From Candidatus Poseidoniales archaeon (lineage in GTDB: Archaea; Thermoplasmatota; Poseidoniia; Poseidoniales; Poseidoniaceae): a DNA stretch of 55,772 bases. The translations under genes were made by a program, and so were the position numbers. The notes under the pieces were generated by a model, which was not told the DNA's origin, made no database searches, and saw nothing but the letters and a program-made list of their open reading frames with translations. Every line of letters begins with the position of its first letter. The first letter of the stretch is position 1. Location of the stretch: positions 1 through 55,772 of the forward strand of contig QXXX01000028.1 of NCBI GenBank assembly GCA_009887195.1, written 5' to 3'. Of the stretch, positions 1 through 8,702 are shown one piece after another.

Positions 1-2647
1 CAGGTCGAGAATATTTCGCAGTTCCCAAAGGTATTATCTCTGGCGCAGAATTCTCAACGAATATTTCGATTGGAATTGTCTCATCATCTGGAATAAAATG
101 AGGGCCGTACTGACTCTCTTGATCCCGTTCTCCATTCAACCACGTTGACGAAATACCGACCTTGCCTAAATCATCAATAGCAATAATTTTCAAAGATTGT
201 ATTCCAGGTGACATGCCGTTTGGAATTACCATCATTGCACTCCAAACTTGCCCAGTATAATTCATCGGTACAATTTCACCACCATAGTCACGCAAGTCGA
301 TATCTACACTTGCTACGCCATGACCATCATAAGCCACCAGATTAACCACCATAGCGGTGCCTCGAGGTCCTTGATTCGGTAAAATTTCAACTGAGGTGAG
401 TCTTGGTGCTTGATTTATGACTGCAATATCTTTACTAAAGATGGTCGTTACATCAAAAGAATCTATTGCCGACACACTAAGAGAAATATTGCCAACTTCC
501 AGTCCAGGCACAATGATTCTAGTGGTATACTTATCGTCACCAATTGCCGCATCACCATCTAGCCCACGGTCATTCATTGCCACGATGCCTCCTCCAATTG
601 GAGTTAGGTCAACGGTAACTTGCTCAAGATTCCAGTCGATGTCTGAAACATCAGCAACTAAGGTTGCTACACTACCGCCTTCCGATATTACTAGACCTTC
701 AAACAAATAGAGGTCAGAAATTATCGGTGCAGAATTTTCTTCTGCCGTAACAACTGCCGGAGATAACACTCTAGTGAGCAATTGTGATTCGGTGAAGTTT
801 GCGATGTTATCATCCTCGCCAAATGGGATTTCTAACACTCTGGTGACACTTGAAACCAATCCTTTCAAAGGACCTTCATCAATGATTGCACCAAAGGCAG
901 TACCGGTTTCTTCACCGTTATATTGGCCTGTCCAAGAAACAACATGGAAGTTATGCCCATCTCTAGGGTCGTTGGCATTCTGGCCGGCTGTAACGGTCAA
1001 GAATAAGCCCTCTTGACCCGCTAGTCTGAGTTCATCACCAGTTATCATTGGTATGGGCATGAGACCAGTTTCCCTACTAACTGTTAGATTGCCGAGCGCT
1101 TCTTCTACTTCAGGTGCTTCTGCTTCCTGTTGAATCGGGCTGCGCTCAGGATACTCTTCACCACTAGATGAGTCAGCACCTGTTTCTTCCCAAACAAAAC
1201 GTACTGTACGGTTATCCCAATCAGAATATATCACTTGGTAATCCCATGTTTGATTGTGAGTAGCACCAATTCCAGCCCCGTCAAAGAAATTACCACCATT
1301 TACTCCTGTAAGATTAAACCAAGATTCCTCATGAATTACATTCACGGGAAACTTAGTGCCAGTGGCGTTTGCTTGGGTTCCAGTTAACTCGATACCTCTT
1401 ACAAAACCAAATGTCCCTTGTACATCTCCTGTAATATCACCGTCGATGTGGATATCATCGGTGATGGTAATTCCTTGTTCTATCAAACTATGAAAGTCAT
1501 ATATCGTGCCATTGATGATGACTGAAGATTCATTATCGCTTTCCGCAAAGCCAAATGTACCGGAACCAACTAATTCTTCAGCTTGATAAGTTCTAACTCC
1601 ATCAATCCATTGTTCCCCTGAACTAAGTGTTTCTATATCAATATCTAATCTTGTGCCGTCATCGATAACCACCATTTGAGCAATTGCTTCAAACTGTTGA
1701 TCATACAGCCTACGAACCCCATTTTCATCCCATGTTTCAAGATAAAATACCCCAATATCACCAACAATGTTAGTTGAAGAGTCTTCTCCCTCATCAGATG
1801 ATATATTCAATTCACCATTGGCGTCAATTTTTAATCGCTCGGATACGATATCATCAATCAAAGAACGATTTAATTCTGCATTAACAACATCGACAAGAAT
1901 CGTAGTAGTCATATTATCTTCATTGGTAATGGAAAGGAGTTGCCCGCTTCCGATCGCTTCAAAGATTTGTGCGTTCAAAATGCCGCGCTCGATTGTTTCA
2001 TTTTTCCAAATTGAATTGAGCGCTAATGAAAGATTAGTACTATCATTGCCGGTTGTTTCTAAAAATGAAATATTACCTTCTCCCAGTTCCCAAGAATTTA
2101 CGAAATCACCCGTTCTTTCTTGCCAACCTTGACCTGCGAAGTCTAGATAAAATCCCTGTTCGCCTTCTTCGTTGGTATAAGATTGGTCAAGCATCCATGT
2201 CGTCTGCAACATTATTTCATGGTCGGCCATTGGTTGATTCCAAGTCCCAACCTCAAACTGTCTCGATGTAACCAAAGGTTCGGCAAGTTCTTGACCATCA
2301 TAGTTGGTAATTGATACAGATATCGAGACTAAGTCTGCCCATTCAAGAGTGGTATTTAATTGCAAATCTAAAATTCTGACATCGTCAATTAAGTCCCATG
2401 ATTGAAATGTCTCAACTTCGAGTGACACTCCTTGTCTATCGTGGTTTACTACTACGTCAACTTGATATGATTTATCGTCAGCAAAGGTGATGCGATAAGA
2501 GTTAACATTCTCGCCAAATTGATCTGGTAGCCATCTTGTGTTAATCTCTGGCTGAGTTGGTGTAGTATCTGCGGTTACGATGGGCATTAACATACATGAA
2601 AGCAACATCAGAAAAACCGCCCACATACCCCTACTCTTTTTTGCCAT
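1..2647 (-). CDS. Large secreted/cell-surface protein, N-terminal ~882 codons (3' end lies beyond the left edge)
   Basis: ATG at 2647..2645 gives MAKKSRGMWAVFLMLLSCMLMPIVTA (signal-peptide-like). The frame stays open to base 1, so it is absent from the ORF track because no stop lies in the window. The + strand ORFs at 417..2271 are short antisense ORFs. There are many N-x-S/T sequons. Two tandem beta-sandwich-like modules near the left end share VD(L/I)..GG.IV.MN...P.G...SL...AID. Confidence 0.7.
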   Translation of the reverse strand, partial: MAKKSRGMWAVFLMLLSCMLMPIVTADTTPTQPEINTRWLPDQFGENVNSYRITFADDKSYQVDVVVNHDRQGVSLEVETFQSWDLIDDVRILDLQLNTTLEWADLVSISVSITNYDGQELAEPLVTSRQFEVGTWNQPMADHEIMLQTTWMLDQSYTNEEGEQGFYLDFAGQGWQERTGDFVNSWELGEGNISFLETTGNDSTNLSLALNSIWKNETIERGILNAQIFEAIGSGQLLSITNEDNMTTTILVDVVNAELNRSLIDDIVSERLKIDANGELNISSDEGEDSSTNIVGDIGVFYLETWDENGVRRLYDQQFEAIAQMVVIDDGTRLDIDIETLSSGEQWIDGVRTYQAEELVGSGTFGFAESDNESSVIINGTIYDFHSLIEQGITITDDIHIDGDITGDVQGTFGFVRGIELTGTQANATGTKFPVNVIHEESWFNLTGVNGGNFFDGAGIGATHNQTWDYQVIYSDWDNRTVRFVWEETGADSSSGEEYPERSPIQQEAEAPEVEEALGNLTVSRETGLMPIPMITGDELRLAGQEGLFLTVTAGQNANDPRDGHNFHVVSWTGQYNGEETGTAFGAIIDEGPLKGLVSSVTRVLEIPFGEDDNIANFTESQLLTRVLSPAVVTAEENSAPIISDLYLFEGLVISEGGSVATLVADVSDIDWNLEQVTVDLTPIGGGIVAMNDRGLDGDAAIGDDKYTTRIIVPGLEVGNISLSVSAIDSFDVTTIFSKDIAVINQAPRLTSVEILPNQGPRGTAMVVNLVAYDGHGVASVDIDLRDYGGEIVPMNYTGQVWSAMMVIPNGMSPGIQSLKIIAIDDLGKVGISSTWLNGERDQESQYGPHFIPDDETIPIEIFVENSAPEIIPLGTAKYSRP

Positions 2648-2768
2648 GTGATAAAATAAAGCCTGCTCCCTTTCAATACTTGTGGGTCAATGTTCCTGCA
2701 ACATGGAAAAATAAACCTTTTTTGAAAACCTAATTCATACCTGAATAAGGTGATTTACTACTCATTCA

Positions 2769-4832
2769 GTGCGCATGGTTGATGAAGGATTGATTCGTCC
2801 GACAAATGCAGGAGAGGTTTATTTGGCCCTAATCAACGTTACATTACCCGATGGAACTGTCAATGAATATGCTGCTGGGGTTACCTGCTCAGAAGTAATA
2901 ACTGACGCAATTGGAAGAAAAAATGGTTGCGTAGCGGCTCTTGTTGATGGTATGGAAAGAGATATGTCTTTCTCGCTTGAAAAGTCTTGTTCAGTCGAGG
3001 GGATTAAAGCAGAATCTGATGCCGGAATGTACATATTAAAACATAGTACTGCTCACCTATTAGCGCAAGCTGTTGTAGAACTTTATCCAAATGCTAAACC
3101 AACTATTGGGCCACCTGTCGATAGAGGATTTTACTATGATTTTGCCATGGAACCAATCACGGAGAGCGACTTAAAGCCTATCCAGAAAAAAATGCAAGAA
3201 TTGGCAAGAAGAAATTTGACTATTGAAAGAATTGAATTAGATGATAAGGAATTACAAGAACACTTCCAAGATAACCCATATAAAATTGAAATTATCAATG
3301 ATAAGATTGGCGAAGGAATTGGTTCGACTATTTACCAACAAGGTGATTGGTATGACCTTTGTCTTGGGCCGCACGTGCCCAATACTGCAAAATTGATGTT
3401 TTGTAAACTAACTAGTGTTTCTTCTGCTTATTGGCGGGGAGACCAAGAACGAGAGCAATTAGTCAGAATTTATGGCATAGTTGAGCCAACAAAAGAAGCG
3501 CTCAAAGAAACAGTGCGTAGAATGGAAGAAGCCAAGAAACGTGACCATCGTAAGTTAGGCCGAGATTTGCAATTATTCCATATCGATGAAGAGGTCGGTC
3601 AAGGCCTAATCCTTTGGACTCCACGTGGTGCAACAATTAGACAAGAATTACAGAATTTTATTGGCTCACACCTACAACGACAAGGATACTCTCAAGTGTT
3701 TACTCCACACATCGGTAAGTTAGACCTATATCGTACTTCAGGGCACTTCCCGTATTATCAAGATTCACAATACCCGCCTCTAGTAGAGAAAGATTTGATG
3801 AAGAAATTATCCGATGAAGGTTGCTCGTGTTCGGAATTATCTAATCTAATGAAATCTGGAGAAATTGACGGCTACATGCTTAAGCCAATGAATTGCCCCC
3901 ATCATGTCAAAATATATTCGTCTCAAGCACGTTCCTATCGAGACCTGCCAATTCGTTTGGCCGAATTTGGCACTGTTTACCGCTGGGAACAGTCCGGTGA
4001 AATATCTGGAATGACAAGAGTTAGAGGTTTTACCCAAGATGACGCACATTTATTTGTTACCGAAGAACAAATCGCCCAAGAAGTTCTTGGGTGTATTGAA
4101 TTAGTGCAAATTATTTTTGACATACTTGGTATGAGTGATTATCGAATAAGAGTTGGACTTAGAGATCCTGATTCTACCAAATATGTCGGTGATCCAAAAC
4201 GTTGGGATAAAGCTGAAGAGGCTTGCCGTAACGCAGCTAAATCACTTGGCGTCGAATGGTCAGAAGAAGAGGGTGAAGCAGCATTTTATGGTCCTAAAAT
4301 TGACTTTGTAGTTAAGGATGTAATCGGCAGAGAATGGCAACTTGGAACGGTACAAGTTGACTATAATCTACCTGAAAGATTTGAGTTGACTTACAAAGGT
4401 TCTGACGGGCAACTACATCGACCAGTCATGATTCATCGCGCACCATTTGGCTCAATGGAGCGATTTTGTGGAGTATTGATTGAACATTTTGCCGGCCGAT
4501 TTCCGACCTGGTTGTCTCCAACCCAATGCCACATCCTAACTATCTCAGAGAAGCATACTCAATATGCCCAAACTGTGGCTGATGCCCTTAAAGAACGGGG
4601 TGTGAGAGTTGAAATCGATGATGGTGATGATACAATTGGTAAGAAAATCCGCACTCACAGAAAACTTCACCCTGCCTATATGGTGATTTTAGGAGATGGA
4701 GAGGCTGAAGGCAATACGGTCAGCCTTAGGGCTAGAAGTGGTGAACAAATTGCTGACTTACCTCTAGAGGATTTTATCAGTAATTTATGTGAGGAAATAT
4801 CTCAAAAAATCGCTCAACCTAGTTTAGTTTAA
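2769..4832 (+). CDS. thrS: Threonyl-tRNA synthetase (bacterial-type, TGS + N2 editing domain)
   Basis: 687 aa. It has a TGS-like N-terminus, the HSTAHLLAQAV (HxxxH) editing-domain motif, class II core motifs (YRDLPIRLAEFGTVYRWEQSG, GFTQDDAHLF, RAPFGS.ERF) and a C-terminal anticodon-binding region. GTG at 2769; the alternative ATG is at 2775. Confidence 0.93.
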   Translation: MRMVDEGLIRPTNAGEVYLALINVTLPDGTVNEYAAGVTCSEVITDAIGRKNGCVAALVDGMERDMSFSLEKSCSVEGIKAESDAGMYILKHSTAHLLAQAVVELYPNAKPTIGPPVDRGFYYDFAMEPITESDLKPIQKKMQELARRNLTIERIELDDKELQEHFQDNPYKIEIINDKIGEGIGSTIYQQGDWYDLCLGPHVPNTAKLMFCKLTSVSSAYWRGDQEREQLVRIYGIVEPTKEALKETVRRMEEAKKRDHRKLGRDLQLFHIDEEVGQGLILWTPRGATIRQELQNFIGSHLQRQGYSQVFTPHIGKLDLYRTSGHFPYYQDSQYPPLVEKDLMKKLSDEGCSCSELSNLMKSGEIDGYMLKPMNCPHHVKIYSSQARSYRDLPIRLAEFGTVYRWEQSGEISGMTRVRGFTQDDAHLFVTEEQIAQEVLGCIELVQIIFDILGMSDYRIRVGLRDPDSTKYVGDPKRWDKAEEACRNAAKSLGVEWSEEEGEAAFYGPKIDFVVKDVIGREWQLGTVQVDYNLPERFELTYKGSDGQLHRPVMIHRAPFGSMERFCGVLIEHFAGRFPTWLSPTQCHILTISEKHTQYAQTVADALKERGVRVEIDDGDDTIGKKIRTHRKLHPAYMVILGDGEAEGNTVSLRARSGEQIADLPLEDFISNLCEEISQKIAQPSLV

Positions 4833-4884
4833 CCAAGGAGGGTTAAGTATTTCAGCACCACCAATCATTGATGAATTTGGTTTA

Positions 4885-7401
4885 GTGGCTTTAATTCCAT
4901 TTTTCTTTGCCGCAACTACAGCTTACTTGTTTTGGAATAGCGTAGTTCCTAGACAATTGCGTGGACTACAGGTTGCCTTCCAAACCGGCGACAAAAGGTA
5001 TGAAGTTCACAATGTGACAAAATCAGTCGATGATGCAAGAAACCTGCTACAAAGTAAAGGGATGAGATTTGGTGTAACTACCTATCTTTTTGCTCTAACT
5101 GGGGTGTTGATTTTAGTTTTTGAATTCTTAATGACCAAATATGAGTTCTCGGAAGGTTATCATGCTCCATCAATAATAATCGCATTGTTATTTATTGCCA
5201 TTCCGGCGATAATTTCCAGTGGTTCATCACTTGGCGCACAAGTCGTTAAGCCGCTTGGAGACGGAAAAGCGACACTTCAAAATTCTGATATTTGGCGAAA
5301 TTATTCATATGTAGTTCTAACAATTGCATGGATGGTGTTTGTTGCGATAATTGCTGTGGTTTTGAGTTCTCAAAATATAGCATCGCCAAGAGTATTCAGT
5401 ATCTGCGCCTTTGTAGCATTCGCCCCAGCAATCTTGGCCTACGGTAGAGTCCTTGGCTCATCTTGGCAAGCCTTGAAGCAATCATCGCAAAAAATTGCTC
5501 AAGGGCAGGCCTCACCATTTCACAATCATAAACCAAATGCCAAACAACAAGCAATCGCTCAAATTGTCAATATTAACCTAGCAGTAATGCCTTTTGTAGC
5601 AATAAATACAGTTATTTCGATAATGGCTTTAGCAATCGACCCAAATCTGTTTACGCACTCTGATAGGGTGTTAGACCTACCAGAATATACTGAACAATCT
5701 TCAATCATGGAAGAAGGAGGAATCCTTGGATTTGCACTTATTGAATTGTTCTCATTTATTCCTGCTGAGGGTATCAGAGTTCCCATGGTGAACATGTTGT
5801 TGTTGTTTTTACTGCTCAACGTGGCTTTAGTGGGCTTTCTTTTCGTCTATGAAGTCGCCCGGATTTTATTCTTAGATGTCCAAGATGTATCGGGGAAAGG
5901 TGGAATTAAACTAGCTGATAGTCGACTTCTCAGAGCCGAGCGAAGTCAACAAGCGAAAGTTTTGAATTTCTGTTTTACTGGTTTTGCTGGCCAATCGATG
6001 TTACTTTTAGCCTTAGCAATGATCACCTTTTGGGATTCTAGTTTCCTGCCTCAAGGAGATGCTTGTGGTTCTTGGGAAAACAATCTGTGTGCAATCTTAC
6101 AAAAAGATGCCTTAGAAGAATTAACGTGGATGTTAGCATCTGGAGGACAGGTTGCATTCGTTGTAATATGGGCTCGTTCCAGAAGTATCGGCTCACTTTT
6201 GGAAGACATCTCATTTGATGCCTCTATGGGTGAAAATCGAGCTAGAATGGCGCAATTGGAAGATGTTATTTACCTCAAACAAAAAGCCATCAGAAAACTA
6301 GTGACTGATGACTCATGGGATAAAGCCTTACAACGGATAGATGCTGTATTAGAAGGCCATGGTGAGCAATTAGAAGGCTTGGATTTAGTCAGAAAAACCG
6401 ACGCAATGATGGAGATTTATGCTGCGATGGGAAGATGGGATGATGCAGAAAATGACGCAGTCTCTATGTTGGCACTAAGAGGTGGACGAGAGGCTCAGAT
6501 TGCGCGCTTGGTACTAGTTGCTGCAAGCCTCAGTCAGCGTGATTTTGCTGAAGCAAAACCTAGGTTGGAGCTAATCCCAGACGATGATATTGAAGCTGCT
6601 AGATTGCAATGGTTTGCTTCAGTTTTACAACCTAAAAAACGTAAATTAAACCAAAAACTAGCCACCTTACTATCTGTTGATCCATTGACCAAAAGAAATG
6701 CAGATTTGATTAGAAGGTTCCAAAACTCAATACCAAATACAGAACTAAGCTACCGGGATAATTCGGCGGACCGTATGATATTACTTGGCGATATGGCTAG
6801 AATGAGACTTAATCAACAATATGAACAAGCCCTCAACATACTAGAAAAGTACATCAAAACCAATAATCTGACAGATTGGGTTCATGGTAATGTAGTATGT
6901 GCACTACTCCACCTGGATGAGGGAAGAGTAAACACGGCAGTAAAAATAGCCCAAGACCTTGCTAAACAACAACCCAGGCACCCACATTTGCGAAGTTTAT
7001 TGAGGCACTTGGCATCTCTAGGGGAAACTATCTCAGCAAGTAGTGAGACCACAGGTATTGAATGGTTAAGAGATTCAGGCTTAGATTGGGTACATGGGTG
7101 GCCAATGAAACATACTGTAGCGCCAGCTCCTGCAATGGTTACCAAAGAATTGCAAAAACACTCTTGGAAAGCGAACGGATGGATTGCTTTTGGTAATGAA
7201 GAAATCTTTGCCAGCGCTAAAAATAAATCTTCAAATGGTTGGAAATTACTCTCAGACAAAAAAATGGAAACTGATTTCCCTCCGTGTATTTACACGCACA
7301 TGACTGGAGTAGTAGTTACGATTGGAGGGATGCCAGTTGACCTTGGTTTGCCGGGTGACATTAATTATCCTGCAATAGAGAAGGCTGGATTATTAATCTA
7401 A
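4885..7401 (+). CDS. Polytopic membrane protein with C-terminal TPR-like helical-repeat domain (hypothetical)
   Basis: 838 aa with a GTG start. The first ~430 aa contain roughly 10 hydrophobic segments. The last ~400 aa are helical-repeat-like (for example MEIYAAMGRWDDAENDAVSML, QQYEQALNILEKYIK). It lies 52 nt downstream of thrS on the same strand. Confidence 0.6.
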   Translation: MALIPFFFAATTAYLFWNSVVPRQLRGLQVAFQTGDKRYEVHNVTKSVDDARNLLQSKGMRFGVTTYLFALTGVLILVFEFLMTKYEFSEGYHAPSIIIALLFIAIPAIISSGSSLGAQVVKPLGDGKATLQNSDIWRNYSYVVLTIAWMVFVAIIAVVLSSQNIASPRVFSICAFVAFAPAILAYGRVLGSSWQALKQSSQKIAQGQASPFHNHKPNAKQQAIAQIVNINLAVMPFVAINTVISIMALAIDPNLFTHSDRVLDLPEYTEQSSIMEEGGILGFALIELFSFIPAEGIRVPMVNMLLLFLLLNVALVGFLFVYEVARILFLDVQDVSGKGGIKLADSRLLRAERSQQAKVLNFCFTGFAGQSMLLLALAMITFWDSSFLPQGDACGSWENNLCAILQKDALEELTWMLASGGQVAFVVIWARSRSIGSLLEDISFDASMGENRARMAQLEDVIYLKQKAIRKLVTDDSWDKALQRIDAVLEGHGEQLEGLDLVRKTDAMMEIYAAMGRWDDAENDAVSMLALRGGREAQIARLVLVAASLSQRDFAEAKPRLELIPDDDIEAARLQWFASVLQPKKRKLNQKLATLLSVDPLTKRNADLIRRFQNSIPNTELSYRDNSADRMILLGDMARMRLNQQYEQALNILEKYIKTNNLTDWVHGNVVCALLHLDEGRVNTAVKIAQDLAKQQPRHPHLRSLLRHLASLGETISASSETTGIEWLRDSGLDWVHGWPMKHTVAPAPAMVTKELQKHSWKANGWIAFGNEEIFASAKNKSSNGWKLLSDKKMETDFPPCIYTHMTGVVVTIGGMPVDLGLPGDINYPAIEKAGLLI

Positions 7402-8694
7402 TTAGCCCCAATTACATGGCTCTAATATCTGTTGACCACTCATGTAATTTACTAATGGTTTAGGAATGGTGACTCTTCCATCTGCAAGTTGATTCTGTTC
7501 CATAATCGCAACTAAGGCTCTAGATGTAGCAACTGCAGTGGAGTTTAATGTGTGAACCATCGGTTGGTTAGCATGACCTGGCTGGCCATATTTGATTTGC
7601 AAACGATTGGCTTGGTAATCAGTGCAGTTTGAACATGAAACAATCTCTTTGTATTGACCTGCTCCAGGAATCCAGGCTTCCAAGTCATATTTACGAGCGG
7701 CAACCGTCCCCATGTCGCCAGTACAGATATTTACCACCTCATAGTGAATTTCTAAATCATTCCAAAGGTCAATGCAATTTTGCAGTAATTCTTCATGCAT
7801 TTGCCAAGATTCTTCGGGCTTAGTAATGACGATTTGTTCTATTTTAGTAAATTGATGGACCCGCCAAATTCCTAAATCAGATTGACCATGAGAACCAACC
7901 TCACGGCGAAAACACGGAGATACTCCAACTATCTTCAATGGTAATTGATCCTCTGGTATTGTTTCTTCCATATACATAGCAGTTAGTGGATGTTCAGATG
8001 TTGCAATCATGTAGTAATTATCAGGTGCTACACCATACATAACTGTCTCGAAATCGCTTAAATCAGTAACTCCCTCGTAGGCTTTACGGTTCATCATTAC
8101 AGGAGGTTGAACAAAGGTAAACCCTCTTTGACGCAGAAAATCAACAGTATAATTCTGCAACGCCATCTCTAATCTTGCTAAATCTCCTTTGAGGAAGAAG
8201 AAACGACTTCCAGCAATTTTTGCTGCGCGCTTCAAATCAACCCATTTGTTTAATTCGATAAGTTCATTGTGAGTTCTTGGTTCAAATTCGAATACCGGTT
8301 TTTCACCATATACGCTGTGTAAGGTATTGCCAGATTCATCTGCACCATTCGGGACTTCTTGATGGAGAATATTTGGTATCGACATACGTATTCTATCTCT
8401 ATTTTCGATTGCTTCTTGGGTTTGGTTTTCTAGTTGTGAAATTTCTTTGCCCAATGATGCGACCTCTGCTAAAATTTCTTGCGCTTTGCTTTCATCACCG
8501 GCCTTTTTGGCAGCACTTATGCCCCTAGCAGCAGTATTTTTTTGTTGACGGAGTTGATTTGTTTGGTGTTGTAAGCTCAACCATAATTTATCATATCGAA
8601 TTACTTCGTCGATTTTATCATGCGGAATTCCTCGTTTATCATGATCAGACCTTACTTGCTGATGATTGTCCCTAAACATGTATATATCTAGCAC
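7402..8694 (-). CDS. serS: Seryl-tRNA synthetase
   Basis: 430 aa. It has an N-terminal coiled-coil tRNA-binding arm and a class II core (FRRE.GSHG, TSEHPL, LNSTAVATSRALVAIME). The start lies 8 nt after the stop of the upstream presenilin-like gene. Confidence 0.93.
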   Translation of the reverse strand: MLDIYMFRDNHQQVRSDHDKRGIPHDKIDEVIRYDKLWLSLQHQTNQLRQQKNTAARGISAAKKAGDESKAQEILAEVASLGKEISQLENQTQEAIENRDRIRMSIPNILHQEVPNGADESGNTLHSVYGEKPVFEFEPRTHNELIELNKWVDLKRAAKIAGSRFFFLKGDLARLEMALQNYTVDFLRQRGFTFVQPPVMMNRKAYEGVTDLSDFETVMYGVAPDNYYMIATSEHPLTAMYMEETIPEDQLPLKIVGVSPCFRREVGSHGQSDLGIWRVHQFTKIEQIVITKPEESWQMHEELLQNCIDLWNDLEIHYEVVNICTGDMGTVAARKYDLEAWIPGAGQYKEIVSCSNCTDYQANRLQIKYGQPGHANQPMVHTLNSTAVATSRALVAIMEQNQLADGRVTIPKPLVNYMSGQQILEPCNWG

Positions 8695-8702
8695 AAAAAC
8701 AC

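Noticed and set aside
417-2271. Four + strand ORFs of 72-121 aa (417..710, 774..1016, 1767..2132, 2053..2271).
   Set aside because: They are antisense to one continuous minus-strand ORF that starts at 2647 with a signal peptide. Their translations are Ser/Pro/Thr-rich low-complexity sequences typical of shadow ORFs.
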